In this document: positions 62,813 to 64,000 of the stretch, one piece after another
Numbering within the stretch: position 1 is the stretch's first letter
How the letters are laid out: each line of letters opens with the position of its first letter
Source of the DNA: Octopus bimaculoides
Lineage: Eukaryota
NCBI RefSeq assembly: GCF_001194135.2
Contig: NC_069000.1
Location: 10,695,583 to 10,759,582, forward strand
DNA length: 64,000 nt
Reading direction: 5' to 3'
Made by a program: the position numbers and the translations under genes
The notes under the pieces: model-generated
What the model saw: only the letters and a program-made list of their open reading frames with translations
Database searches by the model: none
Told to the model about the DNA's origin: nothing

Positions 62813-63454
62813 GGGCATGCCTTGTACATATTGAGCACAAATGCCTAGGAGGAGGAGGGGATTTAAAAAGTGTGATACGACATAAATGAAGTAAGAGGTG
62901 AGGTGAAATGTAAAGTCCCGGATCGAAACAACTTCTCACGTGACAGCTCCTCCGACTGGCTTGCTTAACACCGTTTCTGCTGGCTTGTTGTTGGGTCGAA
63001 AGTATTTTCAGCTATTGGATACCGTTATTATTTCTCTCATTACCGCGACCGAAGTAATAGCTAAACTGCCATTTCATTAGCACGTGATTATACAGCTGAT
63101 TGTTAATGAACAAGCGGTGGAACTACTGGACTACTAAACTAATTAAGCCAGAGATCACAATCGTCACTCACAAGTATCGCTTTCCACTCTTACACAATGC
63201 AACTTACTGACTCACTCTCTACATTTGCTGTCTTTCGTTCCTTCTCTCCCTCTCACCCACTGGTCCACTCCAATTTAGATAAAAATAGATAAAAAGCTGA
63301 GTCCGAGGAAAACTAGTAGTTGTCTGTGACGGCAAAAATTGTTTAGTAAAAGTTCACAGATTTAGGCAAGTTTGTGTGCCGTAGTTAGTTTCTATAAGTT
63401 AACTCGTTAGTTCAGCCCACGCATTTTTTGTGCTTTGGGTAGTGCTCGTCCTTT

Positions 63455-63772
63455 TCTTTTCTGCTCTAAGCCCAATGCCCGAAATTTTTGAGGTGTGGGG
63501 CTGTCGATTAGATCGACTCCAGTACGCAACTGGTACTTAATTTATCGACCCCCGAAAGGATGAAAGGCAAAGTCGACCCCGGCGGAGTTTGAACTCAGAA
63601 CGTAAAGACAGACAAAGTACCACTAAGCATTTCTTCTGGCGTGCTAACGTTTCTTGTTTCTTTATTGCCCACAAGGGGGTTGAACATAGAGGGGACAAAC
63701 AAGGACAGACAAAGGGATTAAGTCGATTACATCGACCCCGAAAGGATGAAAGGCAAAGTCGACCACAACGGC
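63455..63772 (-). mobile_element. SINE C dimer, young
   Basis: Same junction and internal deletion as 33330-33500. Confidence 0.9.
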
Positions 63773-64000
63773 ACTTCTCTAGTTGGCTCGTCATACATGG
63801 ACTGGTGCGTTCTAGACGTCGGGAACAGCTGAACGCGTAGGCAGTAATGAGTGTTGGAACGTGTAGCATTGGCGAGATCGGCTGAAAGAGTCAGCTAGCG
63901 AAATTCATAACGAAATTCCCTAAGCACACGTCCTTGAAAGTCGTTCAGTTTCTATAGCAGAAAAATCCCACAGGAAATAATAATAAAAAAATTTTTTTTT

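Noticed and set aside
63860-63915. ctgaaaga...cgaaa as a hammerhead
   Set aside because: Core has an extra base and stems I and II do not form.

Overview
Repeat-saturated, AT-rich animal genomic DNA from a gapped draft assembly. There are 23 N-runs totalling about 8 kb, many of them abutting (TA)n/(CA)n tracts. The SINE, LINE and microsatellite content looks like an Octopus genome (inference from recalled repeat families). No protein-coding gene can be identified with confidence. Almost all ORFs in the supplied track are microsatellite or N-run artefacts, and only unassigned candidate exons were found, on both strands. The best-supported content is mobile DNA: (1) several tRNA-headed SINE families, labelled here A-B composite, C, D, E and G; (2) RTE-clade LINE fragments; (3) a cluster of three R4/Dong-type non-LTR fragments around an (AAT)n tail; (4) two hAT non-autonomous elements with 8-bp TSDs; (5) a mariner MITE; (6) a GG-ended MITE with an 8-bp TSD and head-to-head telomere-like repeats; (7) a DINE-1/HINE-like element; and (8) a probable solo LTR. 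The most interesting signal is a set of short elements in or beside microsatellites that carry minimal type I hammerhead ribozyme folds of the Penelope-like (PLE) kind. One has a canonical CUGAAGA core (49901-49946, +). One has a swapped G3-C8 core (51643-51698, -). A third shows only its 3' half at a gap edge. Other observations are a 74-nt pre-miRNA-like hairpin, local duplications (one with a 103-nt core far better conserved than its flanks), closely spaced inverted SINE pairs, and alternating CpG-poor and CpG-rich domains. Repeat boundaries are approximate unless TIR/TSD coordinates are given.
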